IMG/VR virus record: IMGVR_UViG_3300046167_000924
Span: 32,001-96,000 of that record
Length of the DNA: 64,000 nucleotides
Direction: 5' to 3' (one strand)
DNA from: a virus
Below, in pieces: positions 10,695-20,759 of this stretch (positions are counted from its first letter, which is position 1; each line of letters opens with the position of its first letter). A program made the translations under genes and the position numbers. The notes under the pieces were generated by a model. That model did no database searches. It saw only the letters and a list, made by a program, of their open reading frames with translations, and was not told the DNA's origin.

Positions 10695-12312
10695 TTAGTA
10701 TGAAATTTTAACTGATTCTTTGAAGGTCTTCGCAAATCTATCGCGAAGAGATTCTCCTTCAGAAGAGCTTTCATTATTGTTTACGATTGCAGCTTCTTCA
10801 ACTTGAAGGCTGTCAAGAGCTTCTTCGACTTCGTCAGAAGAGTCTTCTTGTTCGGTTTGTGAAGCTTCAGCGACTTCAGCTCACTTCAGGGAGTTTCAGT
10901 GGAAACTTCTTCTGTTGCCTCTACTGTTTCAAGACGTTTAGCAACTTCTTGTGCCACGCGGTCTTCAAAAGCTTTTTGCTCAGTAGCAATAGTTTCTTTG
11001 TTTTTGTGCTTCCAAACCTTGGAAAGTTTTTCTTGATAATTTGCGAAGCTATCTTCTGTTTCGTCTAAATCAGAAAGATCTGCAGGCAAGTATCTTGCGG
11101 TCTTCATCATCAAGTTCATAAACTTCGCTTAAAGCTTCCATGCGGGAGTTAAAACGAACTTCTGCTTCGCGAGCAGAATTTTCTTGCTCTAAAGCTGTAA
11201 GCTGCTCTTTAGTAGAATTAAGTTGCTCTTCGACTTCAAGCATTTTCTCTTGAAGAGAATTTTGAGCCTGAACAGCTTCTTCTTTTTCAGCTTTTGTTTT
11301 CTCGAGGTCAGAAAGATATTGTTCACTTTTCTCTCTGATGGCTTCGATGAAAACTTTAGAAATGCTAGCAACGCTCTCTTCGGAGAAGTCTTGTTTGCCA
11401 AGCTTTTCGTCTAAAGCTGCTCGGAATTCATTGATGATTGTTTCTTTATCCATAATTATATTATTAGGTTCTTTGTTTAGTACATTTTCTTGAGAGGAAT
11501 GGGAAGTTTTTTGATTATTTATAATAATCTTATCAATCGGTTCGTTTCTGCTAGATTCTACCGCTTTGGGCGATCCAACCTTTGTAATCAAGCCTTTTAC
11601 GTCTGCCGCAGGGTTAGAAGTGAAACCAATTCCTAGTGGATAAATATCACCAACAATTAATCGATTAACTTTTCTTCCGTCTTTGAGAGTTCCTTTTCCT
11701 CCGAAAGATTTTAAATATGGGGTGTAAGCTTCTATTTCTTGTGGGTCAGAAATTAAAGAAGATTCGTGAAGATCATCTCCGCCAACAGCGATCACATAAT
11801 CATTAAAGCCAACTTCCCAACTTGCAGAAACAGTATTGAAATAATCTCCAGATTCATCTGTTGAGCTTTCAACGAGATCTGCAAACTCCTTGCTGGCAGT
11901 GCGGTAAACTACAGCGGCAAGCGCTATATTATAAGGGCCTTCCTCGATAAGCGCCTGATCGTCGCTCATTAAATCCGAAGTATTATCATATCGAGAAAAT
12001 CCAGCAGAAACAATATGACCAACGATTCTATCTCGATCATGTTCGATGTTTGTTGGTTTATGAACAAAGTAGTCCTTGACTGCAACTGCGGTTTCGCTAT
12101 CGATACCGTCTCCATTTTTATTAAATTTATTTACAACAGCGGCGTTAAACGCCACTCCCAACTAGGTCAATATTTTTATCCAGATCTATATTCGATGGAA
12201 TCAAAGGTCTCAGCGACTCAAGAGAAGCGCGGCTAATATTTGAATCTTCTATCTGGCTCGAAGCGACGATGATATTATCAAAACTTGCTGTGTATTTATA
12301 CGGTAAAGACAT
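10695..12312 (-). CDS. Prohead protease/scaffold protein, disrupted by +1 indels
   Basis: NKNGDG, EHDRDRIVGH, SASWEVGF, GIGFTSNPAA motifs then acidic coiled coil; frame restored by deleting single bases at about 12158, 11085, 10890, 10883. Confidence 0.8.
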
Positions 12313-12329
12313 GTGAATTAAATATACAC

Positions 12330-14201
12330 TTAGTTTATAAACATGGGAGTAAAGGTGGTAGCTACTGTTTCTACTTTAGAATCCATCATATCATAATAAA
12401 GTTTTATCATCCAATTTCCAAGTACCAATGCAGAATAACTATCTTTTCTCGCTTTTTCTGGCCCAGTTTGCCTTTTTAAACTTGGAGGTAAATCAAAATT
12501 TTGAGTGCCCGCTGAAGAGGTTGTGATTTGAATCAAAGAGCATTGCGTCTTGATCAAATTCATCATATCAAATTGATGCTCAACAAAGTCAATCATTTTT
12601 GCTTCTTTTGTTTGTCGCTCTCCAGATAAAGATGTTCGTAGAAAATTTATTTTATCGATTGGAATCTTTTGTCTTCGCTGAGTATTGTATTCATCATCAA
12701 TCGCACGAGAAGCGAATGCAATTCTGCGGTGATCGAAATTAGATTGCAATAATTCGTTTGCTCGCCTTATCCATTGACTAGTGGGTTTTCGCAAATAACA
12801 AATTGTATTATTATCTAAATTATATTCGCGCTTACCTTCTATTAATTTTTGTTGATAATTTTCTATATCATCAAAGTTTGTATTGATAAACTTTATATTG
12901 ATTTTATTCTCTTTAAACAAACTACTTTCATTCGCAGCATTCATAAACTGTACTCCACCATTATAATCGCCAACAATACTTACAATATTAAAATGTTTTA
13001 ATAAATAATAAAAATAATAAATATGTTGTTTTAAATTTGCTCCAGACAATGCATAGCTGTGAACCACAGTACCAGTTTTCTTTTCGTCATTTAATTTTAT
13101 AACCATCATTGCAAAGTCATCGCTACTCTCACTCTCAGCCCAACTTGGGTCGAACGCAAGAATATACTTTGAATCTGGAGCTCCTTTAATTTCTGTTGTC
13201 GGAGATTCTCCATCTTTTAATGTGCAGGCTGCCATTTTTGAGGTCTTAAAATAACCAGAACTATCGTCAGTAAAAATAGCCCCAAACTCTCGATCAAACT
13301 GACTTTGACTCATAGTTGATTTCGCCTGATCGATCAAATTTTGATCGTACAGCTGCCTGGGAGCGCAATCATAACTAAACTGCATTATAACTCGGTGGGC
13401 ATCCGATTCCTTTTTTCCGCCAACCCGAATGAGCTCTTCAAATTGCTCGTAAGCTTTATACATATATTCAAACTTGTAACTGGCAGAGGACAAAGCTATC
13501 AGTTTATTGTTTGGCCAAATATGGCGATCCTTTTCCTGCATTTTGCCTTGGCGTATAAGTTCTGTTTCGACATTATACAAATCCTCACGCTGTGTTGGAT
13601 TTTCAACAACACTCAAGAATGGTATAATAACCTCATTATAAATTCTTTCGGGCATCAAAGCAAACTCATCAATAATGATTCTGTGAAAACGAAATCCCCG
13701 AAGCTTCTCACCATCACCAAGAGGCAAGGCTCGTATTCTAGAACTTCCAATTTCTAGAAGCCACTCATCATTACTTTTAGATTTGTGAGTTATGCACTGC
13801 GAAAGGTACATAGCTTCAGGCTTAGCGGCGATATCCTCAATTTTTTTGAAAATCATTTTCGCCTGACGAAAAGATTTAGAAAGAATACCAATCTCAACAC
13901 CTTGATTCATTATCGCTTCTAAGTATGCATAAATAGCCGTAGTGAATGATTTACTCATTCCTCGACTCCAAACCCCCATAAAATAATCTGTTTCAAACAT
14001 AGCCTTGATAGCCATATGCTGAAAAGGAAAAAGTTTGACGCCAGATATAAGATCCGTAGTAAAGGTTATATTTTCCCGCAGAAACTTGTATAAAAGAATT
14101 TTAGCCTCTTCCTCTTCTAAATACCCTTCTAGTTCAAACAATTTTTTATTAAAGTCTGGGTCAGCATTTCTGCTTACCTGATTTCCTATTTCCCAAGCCA
14201 T
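12330..14201 (-). CDS. terL: Terminase large subunit
   Basis: Walker A-like SRGMSKS, Walker B IIIDEF, LRGFR, nuclease LAFDPS and KDSYSA. Confidence 0.9.
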   Translation of the reverse strand: MAWEIGNQVSRNADPDFNKKLFELEGYLEEEEAKILLYKFLRENITFTTDLISGVKLFPFQHMAIKAMFETDYFMGVWSRGMSKSFTTAIYAYLEAIMNQGVEIGILSKSFRQAKMIFKKIEDIAAKPEAMYLSQCITHKSKSNDEWLLEIGSSRIRALPLGDGEKLRGFRFHRIIIDEFALMPERIYNEVIIPFLSVVENPTQREDLYNVETELIRQGKMQEKDRHIWPNNKLIALSSASYKFEYMYKAYEQFEELIRVGGKKESDAHRVIMQFSYDCAPRQLYDQNLIDQAKSTMSQSQFDREFGAIFTDDSSGYFKTSKMAACTLKDGESPTTEIKGAPDSKYILAFDPSWAESESSDDFAMMVIKLNDEKKTGTVVHSYALSGANLKQHIYYFYYLLKHFNIVSIVGDYNGGVQFMNAANESSLFKENKINIKFINTNFDDIENYQQKLIEGKREYNLDNNTICYLRKPTSQWIRRANELLQSNFDHRRIAFASRAIDDEYNTQRRQKIPIDKINFLRTSLSGERQTKEAKMIDFVEHQFDMMNLIKTQCSLIQITTSSAGTQNFDLPPSLKRQTGPEKARKDSYSALVLGNWMIKLYYDMMDSKVETVATTFTPMFIN

Positions 14202-15118
14202 TATATTAATTCCTTATCTATATAGTACTGCAGATCAACGTTCCACAATTTTTTTCCAAGTGTTAATAATTTAGGTATCATAGACTCAGACTTTTTACGG
14301 CTGCCAGTAAATATAAATTGGCAATACCCATGAAACTGATGGTTAAGTACTCGCATGTTATGATAAATATATTTTAAATTAGATTTGTGCGCGCCGCGCC
14401 TATTATTCCGCTCTATCTGATCTATATCGCTTTCTACGACTATAAATAAATAACTATCAAAATCTTTTGTTCTTTGCAGTTCGTATTCAAATCTCTCAAG
14501 ATTATTTTTGCTGAGTGTGGACTTGAAGTCTTGCTCCCCCTTTCGATCTACATAAGTATAGTCGTAATTTTCTCCTCCTACTGCATAATCCCCAAACTCT
14601 AATTTCATGGATTCTGAATTTGGAAAAACTAAAGGTTGCTGTTCACGCGTGTCTATAAATATTTTTATATTGGGGTCTATATTGTTTTTAAAAACTTCGG
14701 GTAATCTCTCACCAAACATTGGCTTTACGCCAGCAGCTTCGCAGGCGGCGGTGTATGAACCGCAATGATGCTGGAATATATCAACGGTAGGTAGATCGTT
14801 GATCTTTAACTCTATATGGCAGGGCGCGGTTTTCAAGTCTTTCGCGGCGACTCTTTTTTGCAGTAAATTAATTATATATTCTTTTACTTTTTTAGAATCT
14901 TCCTTTTCACACCATTTTAACAATTGATCTCTATTTGAAAAATCTTTATTAAAATAATCATCCTTATTCTTAAATGGCAATGGATCACCAGTATATAAAT
15001 TATATCGAGGATAATATTTTGTATAATATTCTGCAAGCATAATTTTGTGCGTTTTTAAATGCGCATGCAAACTCCTCTCGGAAGGAAATTCCTCTGAACA
15101 TATTTTGCAGACGTTCAT
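14201..15118 (-). CDS. ERCC4/XPF-Mus81-type nuclease with N-terminal C2H2 zinc finger
   Basis: CKIC..HLKTH; IDTREQQP, GDYA, VDRKGEQDF. Confidence 0.8.
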   Translation of the reverse strand: MNVCKICSEEFPSERSLHAHLKTHKIMLAEYYTKYYPRYNLYTGDPLPFKNKDDYFNKDFSNRDQLLKWCEKEDSKKVKEYIINLLQKRVAAKDLKTAPCHIELKINDLPTVDIFQHHCGSYTAACEAAGVKPMFGERLPEVFKNNIDPNIKIFIDTREQQPLVFPNSESMKLEFGDYAVGGENYDYTYVDRKGEQDFKSTLSKNNLERFEYELQRTKDFDSYLFIVVESDIDQIERNNRRGAHKSNLKYIYHNMRVLNHQFHGYCQFIFTGSRKKSESMIPKLLTLGKKLWNVDLQYYIDKELI

Positions 15119-15789
15119 TTTTCGAAATCGTATATTTTAAGCCAAGATTCTGGAAACTTTCTTCTTACTCCCAGCCAGCCCCTTCTCTGCGCAGTCCAAA
15201 ATAACTTGACAAACAAACGAGGCACTCGCAGACCAAATCCGTGGCAGTTTTCCACGGTGGGCGTCTCAGAAAACAACCTTCTATACAAAACACGAAAGCC
15301 AACCTTTTCCATTTTACAATCTTTTATCAATACATTTCTCATCATAGGACGATCAACATCATCGTAATCAGTCCAATTACCTAAATCAATACATGCTCCA
15401 TCATAAAACTTATAAAAAGAATTAACAAAAGTACAATTATTAAAAGATAAATTTTTTACTCCACCTTTTGCAGTAATATGTTGTTTTGTATTTTGAGCAA
15501 TAAAAACGCAATTATTGAAAGAAATATTTTCTCCACGAACAATGTCAACACAGTCTTCGTATCCGCCGCGAATAATACAATCCTCCACCTCCACATTCCT
15601 GCAGAAAGATAGCTTCAAGCCCTCTGCAACACCGCGACCGTCAATTTCACACGATCTTACGCTTAAAGAATACTCTTCTGAACCTGGCCTCCAAGAAAAA
15701 CCTAAAGCGCTTGAGTCTTGGAATTTAGAATTAGGATTTCCAGTATCAGGATTAAAGAAAAATTCTTTTTTTATTTCTATATGCTTCAT
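15115..15789 (-). CDS. Right-handed beta-helix (pectate lyase-like) protein
   Basis: Repeats NVEVEDCII, GGYEDCVDI, NISFNNCVF, NLSFNNCTF. Confidence 0.7.
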   Translation of the reverse strand: MKHIEIKKEFFFNPDTGNPNSKFQDSSALGFSWRPGSEEYSLSVRSCEIDGRGVAEGLKLSFCRNVEVEDCIIRGGYEDCVDIVRGENISFNNCVFIAQNTKQHITAKGGVKNLSFNNCTFVNSFYKFYDGACIDLGNWTDYDDVDRPMMRNVLIKDCKMEKVGFRVLYRRLFSETPTVENCHGFGLRVPRLFVKLFWTAQRRGWLGVRRKFPESWLKIYDFEK

Positions 15790-15804
15790 GCGAAGAGGGG
15801 TTCA

Positions 15805-16857
15805 CTATACTATATCGTCTTTTGACACGCCCAACACCCTAGCCTTCCAGTCTGGCATAGACTCTATATTGTCCGCTTCTTTTTTTGCCGCTTTCTTTTG
15901 CATATCTGCGATTTTAATCATCACTTTTCTTTCCTCTTCTTCTTGAAAAAGTTGTACGAGAGCTAGAATACTAGCGTTTTGCTTGTGCTGTGAAGATATT
16001 CTTTTTGAGCGGTCACCCTGAAGCTTTTGAATCAGAGATTCCATTCTTTTTTCGCACTGATTATACTCTTCACTCTTGGTTTTCAATAACTCTGCAAGTC
16101 GAACAGTTAAATCTTGCTGATCTTCCGCGTCATCAAACATTCTATTCAATTTATTTATAGCTCCCTGTATGTTTTTCAAATGTATATAATCCATGCACAC
16201 ATTAATATATAAATTAATCTCATCATTGCTTAAGTCTGGCTTATCCCAAGTTGCTCTCACGAACTCAGCTTCGAATAAATTTCTATCTTCCATACTATCA
16301 TAGTTATTTATAACCTGAACAAGTCGAGGAGAAGATAAAAAACAACCAAGTGACTCGATCGATTTTCTTTCGCCAATGCTGAGCTTAGACTCTTCGATTT
16401 CCTTTTGGCAAGAATCATTTATTTTTTTTATAATTTTACTGACAGCCTTCGGTGAAGAATAACTCTTATTTACCGCATTTTCTGAAGGATGAATAACAAG
16501 AGATTCTTGACTTTCTACATATTTAAGTACACAATCATACTCTTTTGAGTTTCTGGTTACCCTTATATCCGGAAACAATACAATGGCTATTTGCAAAGCG
16601 CTCATCCCGTCTTGCGTTGAATTTGACGCGAACTCCTGCTGGACACTGGAGAGCTTAATTTCATCTTTTGGGTAAACATGTTTTGTTGCATAGTCAATCC
16701 CGCTTTCTAGCATAAAAGCTCGAACAGCCCTACCCTGCTTACTTCGTCCGTCTATATTATCTATTTCTGGAAATGCTAATTGAGTTAACTGAGTCAAGTC
16801 TGTAGTATTTTTACAGTTCTCAATTACAACTTGCTTTTGATCTTCTGTTAACTCCAT
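15805..16857 (-). CDS. Hypothetical coiled-coil protein
   Basis: 350-aa ORF coupled to sigma-like gene. Confidence 0.8.
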   Translation of the reverse strand: MELTEDQKQVVIENCKNTTDLTQLTQLAFPEIDNIDGRSKQGRAVRAFMLESGIDYATKHVYPKDEIKLSSVQQEFASNSTQDGMSALQIAIVLFPDIRVTRNSKEYDCVLKYVESQESLVIHPSENAVNKSYSSPKAVSKIIKKINDSCQKEIEESKLSIGERKSIESLGCFLSSPRLVQVINNYDSMEDRNLFEAEFVRATWDKPDLSNDEINLYINVCMDYIHLKNIQGAINKLNRMFDDAEDQQDLTVRLAELLKTKSEEYNQCEKRMESLIQKLQGDRSKRISSQHKQNASILALVQLFQEEEERKVMIKIADMQKKAAKKEADNIESMPDWKARVLGVSKDDIV

Positions 16858-17636
16858 GCTATTGGGGCTTTTACAGATATAATATCTTGAGTTTTTAAAA
16901 TTTCTTGAGCCTTAGTTTTGAAAATCTTTTTTAAATTTTTAATTTGCTTGTAGCCAGCTTTTCTACCCTTTTCAGATGTCTTATAGCCCATTTTTTTCGC
17001 AACCTCTTCTTCCTCTATATTCTTGATAAATAACAATTCATAAACAAGGTACTGTTTTTTTGATAATTCTTTTTTCATAGCTTGATTTAATTTACCTTGG
17101 GCAGTAAGCATGTCAAAACTTTCGTCCTGCATAACTCCAACTTCGTGAGCATGATTTTCTAACGCCAATGCCATTTTGATTCCATACGCAGACTTTTTCG
17201 TTTTTTCCCATTTTGCATAAAGCGGGCAAGAGGAATCCTGCATACCGCTCTTCGTAAAGCCGCAAAGAGATCCTGTTGCGGAGTCCTGAGATGCGCACGA
17301 TTGATTAAATGGGCAATTAAGGCACGGTCTTACGAAATTACTATAATTATTACGCAAGATATTTTTCATTTGATTGGTTATAATTTTATTAATCCATGGC
17401 TTGAGCGATCTAGATTGATCCCATTGATCCCATTTTTTATGAATGTGAGCTTTTATGATTTGTTCTACATCTTCAAAATCAAACCACGCCAATGAATCTA
17501 AGAACCATTTTCCGCGTCTTTTTCTGACTTCTAAATCAATTTCGTCAGATTTGTCTTCGTATCTAAACTTAGGACTTTCTTGGTCTGCCACGTTTCTTAG
17601 GTTTTGGAGCTTCTTCCTGGAAATTTTCAAACTCAT
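16848..17636 (-). CDS. Sigma70-family-like phage sigma factor (likely GTG start at 17591)
   Basis: Region 2-like DFEDVEQII..WDQSRSLKPWINKIITNQMKN; region 4-like LSKKQYLVYELLFIKNIEEEEVAKKMG; Cys-rich insert. Confidence 0.7.
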   Translation of the reverse strand: MSLKISRKKLQNLRNVADQESPKFRYEDKSDEIDLEVRKRRGKWFLDSLAWFDFEDVEQIIKAHIHKKWDQWDQSRSLKPWINKIITNQMKNILRNNYSNFVRPCLNCPFNQSCASQDSATGSLCGFTKSGMQDSSCPLYAKWEKTKKSAYGIKMALALENHAHEVGVMQDESFDMLTAQGKLNQAMKKELSKKQYLVYELLFIKNIEEEEVAKKMGYKTSEKGRKAGYKQIKNLKKIFKTKAQEILKTQDIISVKAPIAWS

Positions 17637-17946
17637 CTAAAGGAATTAAATCCTTAAGATTCATCTTGTTATTGTCTTGCTCAATGCTATAAGAAAAATT
17701 TGATATATCGGGAACCTCAAAAATATCAACGCCGTCAGGATCGAAATCCTCTGAAGGCATAGGTCTACTTCGCTTGGGTGAAGATCCTAATTTCCTAGGC
17801 GCAGCCTTAGGGCTACCTAGGTTAGCGTTCGTTTGTTTTGCTGCCGACAATATGCTCAAACCTTCTCCGCAACCACCGCAAAATTTTGGTGCCTGCAAAG
17901 AGTACATATTTTTAAAACCACAATGAGGACAATAAGAAAAAGCCAT
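17569..17946 (-). CDS. Zinc-ribbon protein
   Basis: CPHCG..KFCGGCG then acidic and basic tail. Confidence 0.75.
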   Translation of the reverse strand: MAFSYCPHCGFKNMYSLQAPKFCGGCGEGLSILSAAKQTNANLGSPKAAPRKLGSSPKRSRPMPSEDFDPDGVDIFEVPDISNFSYSIEQDNNKMNLKDLIPLDEFENFQEEAPKPKKRGRPRKS

Positions 17947-17973
17947 AATATCATATTATAGCTTAAAAAAAAA

Positions 17974-18564
17974 TTATATCAAATAACCGCTTATTACCCT
18001 AGCTTGTTTTTTTGTGAATTCTTCGGCCCCAGAACTCCACATTCTTTGATCCTTCACATATTCTAAACATATTACTCCTATAATTTTACCATTTAAGGTT
18101 TTTATGGGGCGAGCGAAAAGACTTTTAACGCCCTTTGCTTGAAGAAATGATCTAAACGCGAGATCTTCATCATAAATTGAAATATCTTTGCACGCAAACG
18201 TTTTTTCTTGAGATATGCATTTCACTAATCCGTGAAAATTAGATATACGAATATTTTGGAGAGAATGCGCTTCCACACTAATACCATCACCGACAACCTC
18301 ATATGTACAACTCATTTTTTGTTGACTTCTTCCTGAGAAATAATGCTCTCCATTGTGAAACTCTAAAATAGATACTCGATCTGCTTCAGTTTCTTCTTTT
18401 ATATATTCTAATGCCGTAATAACATTACTATGTAATTGCGGGTCATAATTTAATTGTTTATGCTTTTTTTCATCGTATTTGACTTTCAGCCACATTCCGA
18501 CTACTGCAGTCGCGGCAGATACGGCTCCAGTTAACACGGTTATAATATCTAAACCTAAATTCAT
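17974..18564 (-). CDS. N-terminal TM plus GAF-like domain protein (possible holin/lysis regulator)
   Basis: Start 18564 by ATGA overlap; hydrophobic N-terminus; ADRVSILEFHNG and KIIGVICLEY GAF-like strands. Confidence 0.55.
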   Translation of the reverse strand: MNLGLDIITVLTGAVSAATAVVGMWLKVKYDEKKHKQLNYDPQLHSNVITALEYIKEETEADRVSILEFHNGEHYFSGRSQQKMSCTYEVVGDGISVEAHSLQNIRISNFHGLVKCISQEKTFACKDISIYDEDLAFRSFLQAKGVKSLFARPIKTLNGKIIGVICLEYVKDQRMWSSGAEEFTKKQARVISGYLI

Positions 18565-18833
18565 GTTCTTTTTGTAAAAAATGATAGCCCTACAGAAGTT
18601 GCAAAAACAAGAAATATTATAAACAAGAACCATTTTACAGGAGCCTGGTTTTCATATGTATTGATCTGAGATTCTGAATATTCCTCCATCGAGATTACTG
18701 AGTCTCGATTTACATCTACTTGTTCAAATTGCTTTGATTGAACTGGGACTGGATTTAACTTATTGTTTATTGGCTTATTTATTGAGCACGACAAAACAAA
18801 AAATAAAGATAATATAAATAATATTTTATTCAT
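18561..18833 (-). CDS. Lipoprotein with EF-hand-like loop and C-terminal TM (u-spanin-like)
   Basis: Signal with VLSC lipobox; DVNRDSVISMEEY; C-terminal hydrophobic helix. Confidence 0.55.
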   Translation of the reverse strand: MNKILFILSLFFVLSCSINKPINNKLNPVPVQSKQFEQVDVNRDSVISMEEYSESQINTYENQAPVKWFLFIIFLVFATSVGLSFFTKRT

Positions 18834-19264
18834 CTTTTCTTGCTAGGGATAGCGTAAAAGCCTACTACCATAAAACATAAATCCATAAACGATGCAAGCA
18901 TTAAACCTCCAGTCATTTGCACCATCTCCCAATCTTTACCTCCCAGGATCCAAGAAAAGAAACCCCATTTTGCTCCGTCGCCCTTGGGGACAATTAAATT
19001 ATAAGTTATATGAGGATTCATTGCATAATAAATCATCAAAAAACACATAGTAAAAGTGATGGTCATAAACAGTATTCTTCTTGTAACCTTAACAAATGAA
19101 TCGCTTGCATTTTTCTCTTGGCTTTCGATTAACGCATGCAGCATTTTTTCGTCTCTTGCGGCGAGAGCTAATTGATCTTGTCTTTTTTGCTCAAGCCAGG
19201 AGTTAAGCAGGTTGCAGCCTAATTTTATTCCAGCTCCAATTATCGTATTCAATATCGGTCCCAT
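18830..19264 (-). CDS. Multi-TM membrane protein, putative holin
   Basis: 2-3 hydrophobic segments, basic C-terminus GFYAIPSKKR. Confidence 0.55.
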   Translation of the reverse strand: MGPILNTIIGAGIKLGCNLLNSWLEQKRQDQLALAARDEKMLHALIESQEKNASDSFVKVTRRILFMTITFTMCFLMIYYAMNPHITYNLIVPKGDGAKWGFFSWILGGKDWEMVQMTGGLMLASFMDLCFMVVGFYAIPSKKR

Positions 19265-19319
19265 AGCTATATATACACCCTCAATATGAAAAAAAATAGT
19301 TTTTGTGTAATATATATTA

Positions 19320-19520
19320 ATGTCACACAGGAGAATTTTAGAAACGCTTAGTAAAAATTTAAATTCGTATCAATCAACCCGTTGGTTAAAAACAGAAAAT
19401 GATCGACTAAATGGATCAACTCCAGCAGAATTAATGATGGAAGATCAACAAGATAAAGTATTTAAAATACTAGACGAAGAAATTAAAAGAATAAAAAGTA
19501 AAAAAGGTACCAATATTTAG
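19320..19520 (+). CDS. Xre/MbcA/ParS antitoxin C-terminal (toxin-binding)-like protein
   Basis: WLKTENDRLNGSTPAELM matches the WL..PN..L.G.TP.ELL signature. Confidence 0.65.
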   Translation: MSHRRILETLSKNLNSYQSTRWLKTENDRLNGSTPAELMMEDQQDKVFKILDEEIKRIKSKKGTNI

Positions 19521-19521
19521 A

Positions 19522-20073
19522 TTAAGCTTTTATATTAGCCTGCAATGTTGCAGATATAGTAAAGGAATTATAGCTAAGCCGCCAACCACGACTAGACTTG
19601 CTGGAATGATAGCCAAAAACCTTCATATTCGAAATTTCTATAATATCATCATAAATTTTGATTGTTGCAGTTAATTTGATTGGCATATCACCCCCGAATG
19701 ACCTGGAGCTTTTTCCCGTCAGTATATCAACATTATTTGTTGTACTCGGTATTCCATAATTGGTGAAATTGGCAATTCCTGCAGATTTAGTTAGAGAAAA
19801 TTTCCCGTCGAAACCGTTACTAGTAACTTGCACTAATGCTGCGCTATTTAACGATAATAGATTGTTATAGCTAAAGATTATTTTTCCAGGGTTGTTTCCT
19901 GCCGCAGTAGTTGTTTTGGTTTCTGTTTGAACTTCTCCTTGCGAAATTGAAGACAAGGCAGTCGCTGCGAGCATTTTGTATGTCGCCCCATTAGGCTTTT
20001 GAATGATAATTAAATCCTGTGAGGGGTCAAAGTTATTCGCGGGTAAATCCGGCAGGTCATTAATTTTGGTCAT
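19522..20073 (-). CDS. Hypothetical, possibly virion-associated
   Basis: Start MTKINDLP at 20073; beta-rich S/T/G composition. Confidence 0.65.
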   Translation of the reverse strand: MTKINDLPDLPANNFDPSQDLIIIQKPNGATYKMLAATALSSISQGEVQTETKTTTAAGNNPGKIIFSYNNLLSLNSAALVQVTSNGFDGKFSLTKSAGIANFTNYGIPSTTNNVDILTGKSSRSFGGDMPIKLTATIKIYDDIIEISNMKVFGYHSSKSSRGWRLSYNSFTISATLQANIKA

Positions 20074-20221
20074 GAGATATATACATACACTATTTCTAAT
20101 TAAATAAAATATTTCTGCAGAAACTCTCTGCATTTTATTATTGTATAATACATATATTATTGAATATATTCTATTGCAAAACAATTTATAGAATATTACA
20201 ACACACACTATATAATATAAT

Positions 20222-20446
20222 GTGAATCAGCCTTTAAGTATTGTTAGTTTGTTATTATTGATATTTTATTTAGGGTGGTTCGCATGGGAGCAACGAGGAT
20301 TACTACATGAGCAACAAAGAGAAATACAAAAATTAGAACAACAATTAATATTTCAATCTATAGTAATAGACGCTACGCTTCAAGAAAATAATTCACCACT
20401 GAATAAACAAAAATATAATTCGCCGCAAAAATACTTTAATTTTTAA
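20222..20446 (+). CDS. TM plus coiled-coil hypothetical protein
   Basis: Hydrophobic N-terminus then Q/E-rich helix. Confidence 0.6.
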   Translation: MNQPLSIVSLLLLIFYLGWFAWEQRGLLHEQQREIQKLEQQLIFQSIVIDATLQENNSPLNKQKYNSPQKYFNF

Positions 20447-20468
20447 CAATAACTTATACTATATACAT

Positions 20469-20759
20469 ATGACAACGGAAAATACAACATCTGAATCAAA
20501 CGAAAACGTCGATCCTAAGCAAGAAGAAGCTACGGTTGCATTAGCAAATCAAATTCTTGCAAGAGTGAATGTATCTGAGGCATTGTCCATGATATCCTTG
20601 AATGCTGTTCTGCAGTTAGTTCAAAATAAAGTTGTTGAACAAGCGCGCTCAGAGGTTGAGAAAATGGATGATGATCAAATTGAAGATCTATTGAATCCTC
20701 CTGCTGAAACAGAAGACGTCGAAGACGATTCTGAAGAAGCTAGTAGCGAAGACTCCTGA
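20469..20759 (+). CDS. Acidic hypothetical protein
   Basis: 96-aa ORF, D/E-rich tail. Confidence 0.7.
   Translation: MTTENTTSESNENVDPKQEEATVALANQILARVNVSEALSMISLNAVLQLVQNKVVEQARSEVEKMDDDQIEDLLNPPAETEDVEDDSEEASSEDS

Noticed and set aside
9960-12160. Programmed frameshifting in capsid genes
   Set aside because: At least six shifts, no common slippery motif, and one lies near the MCP start; errors are more parsimonious
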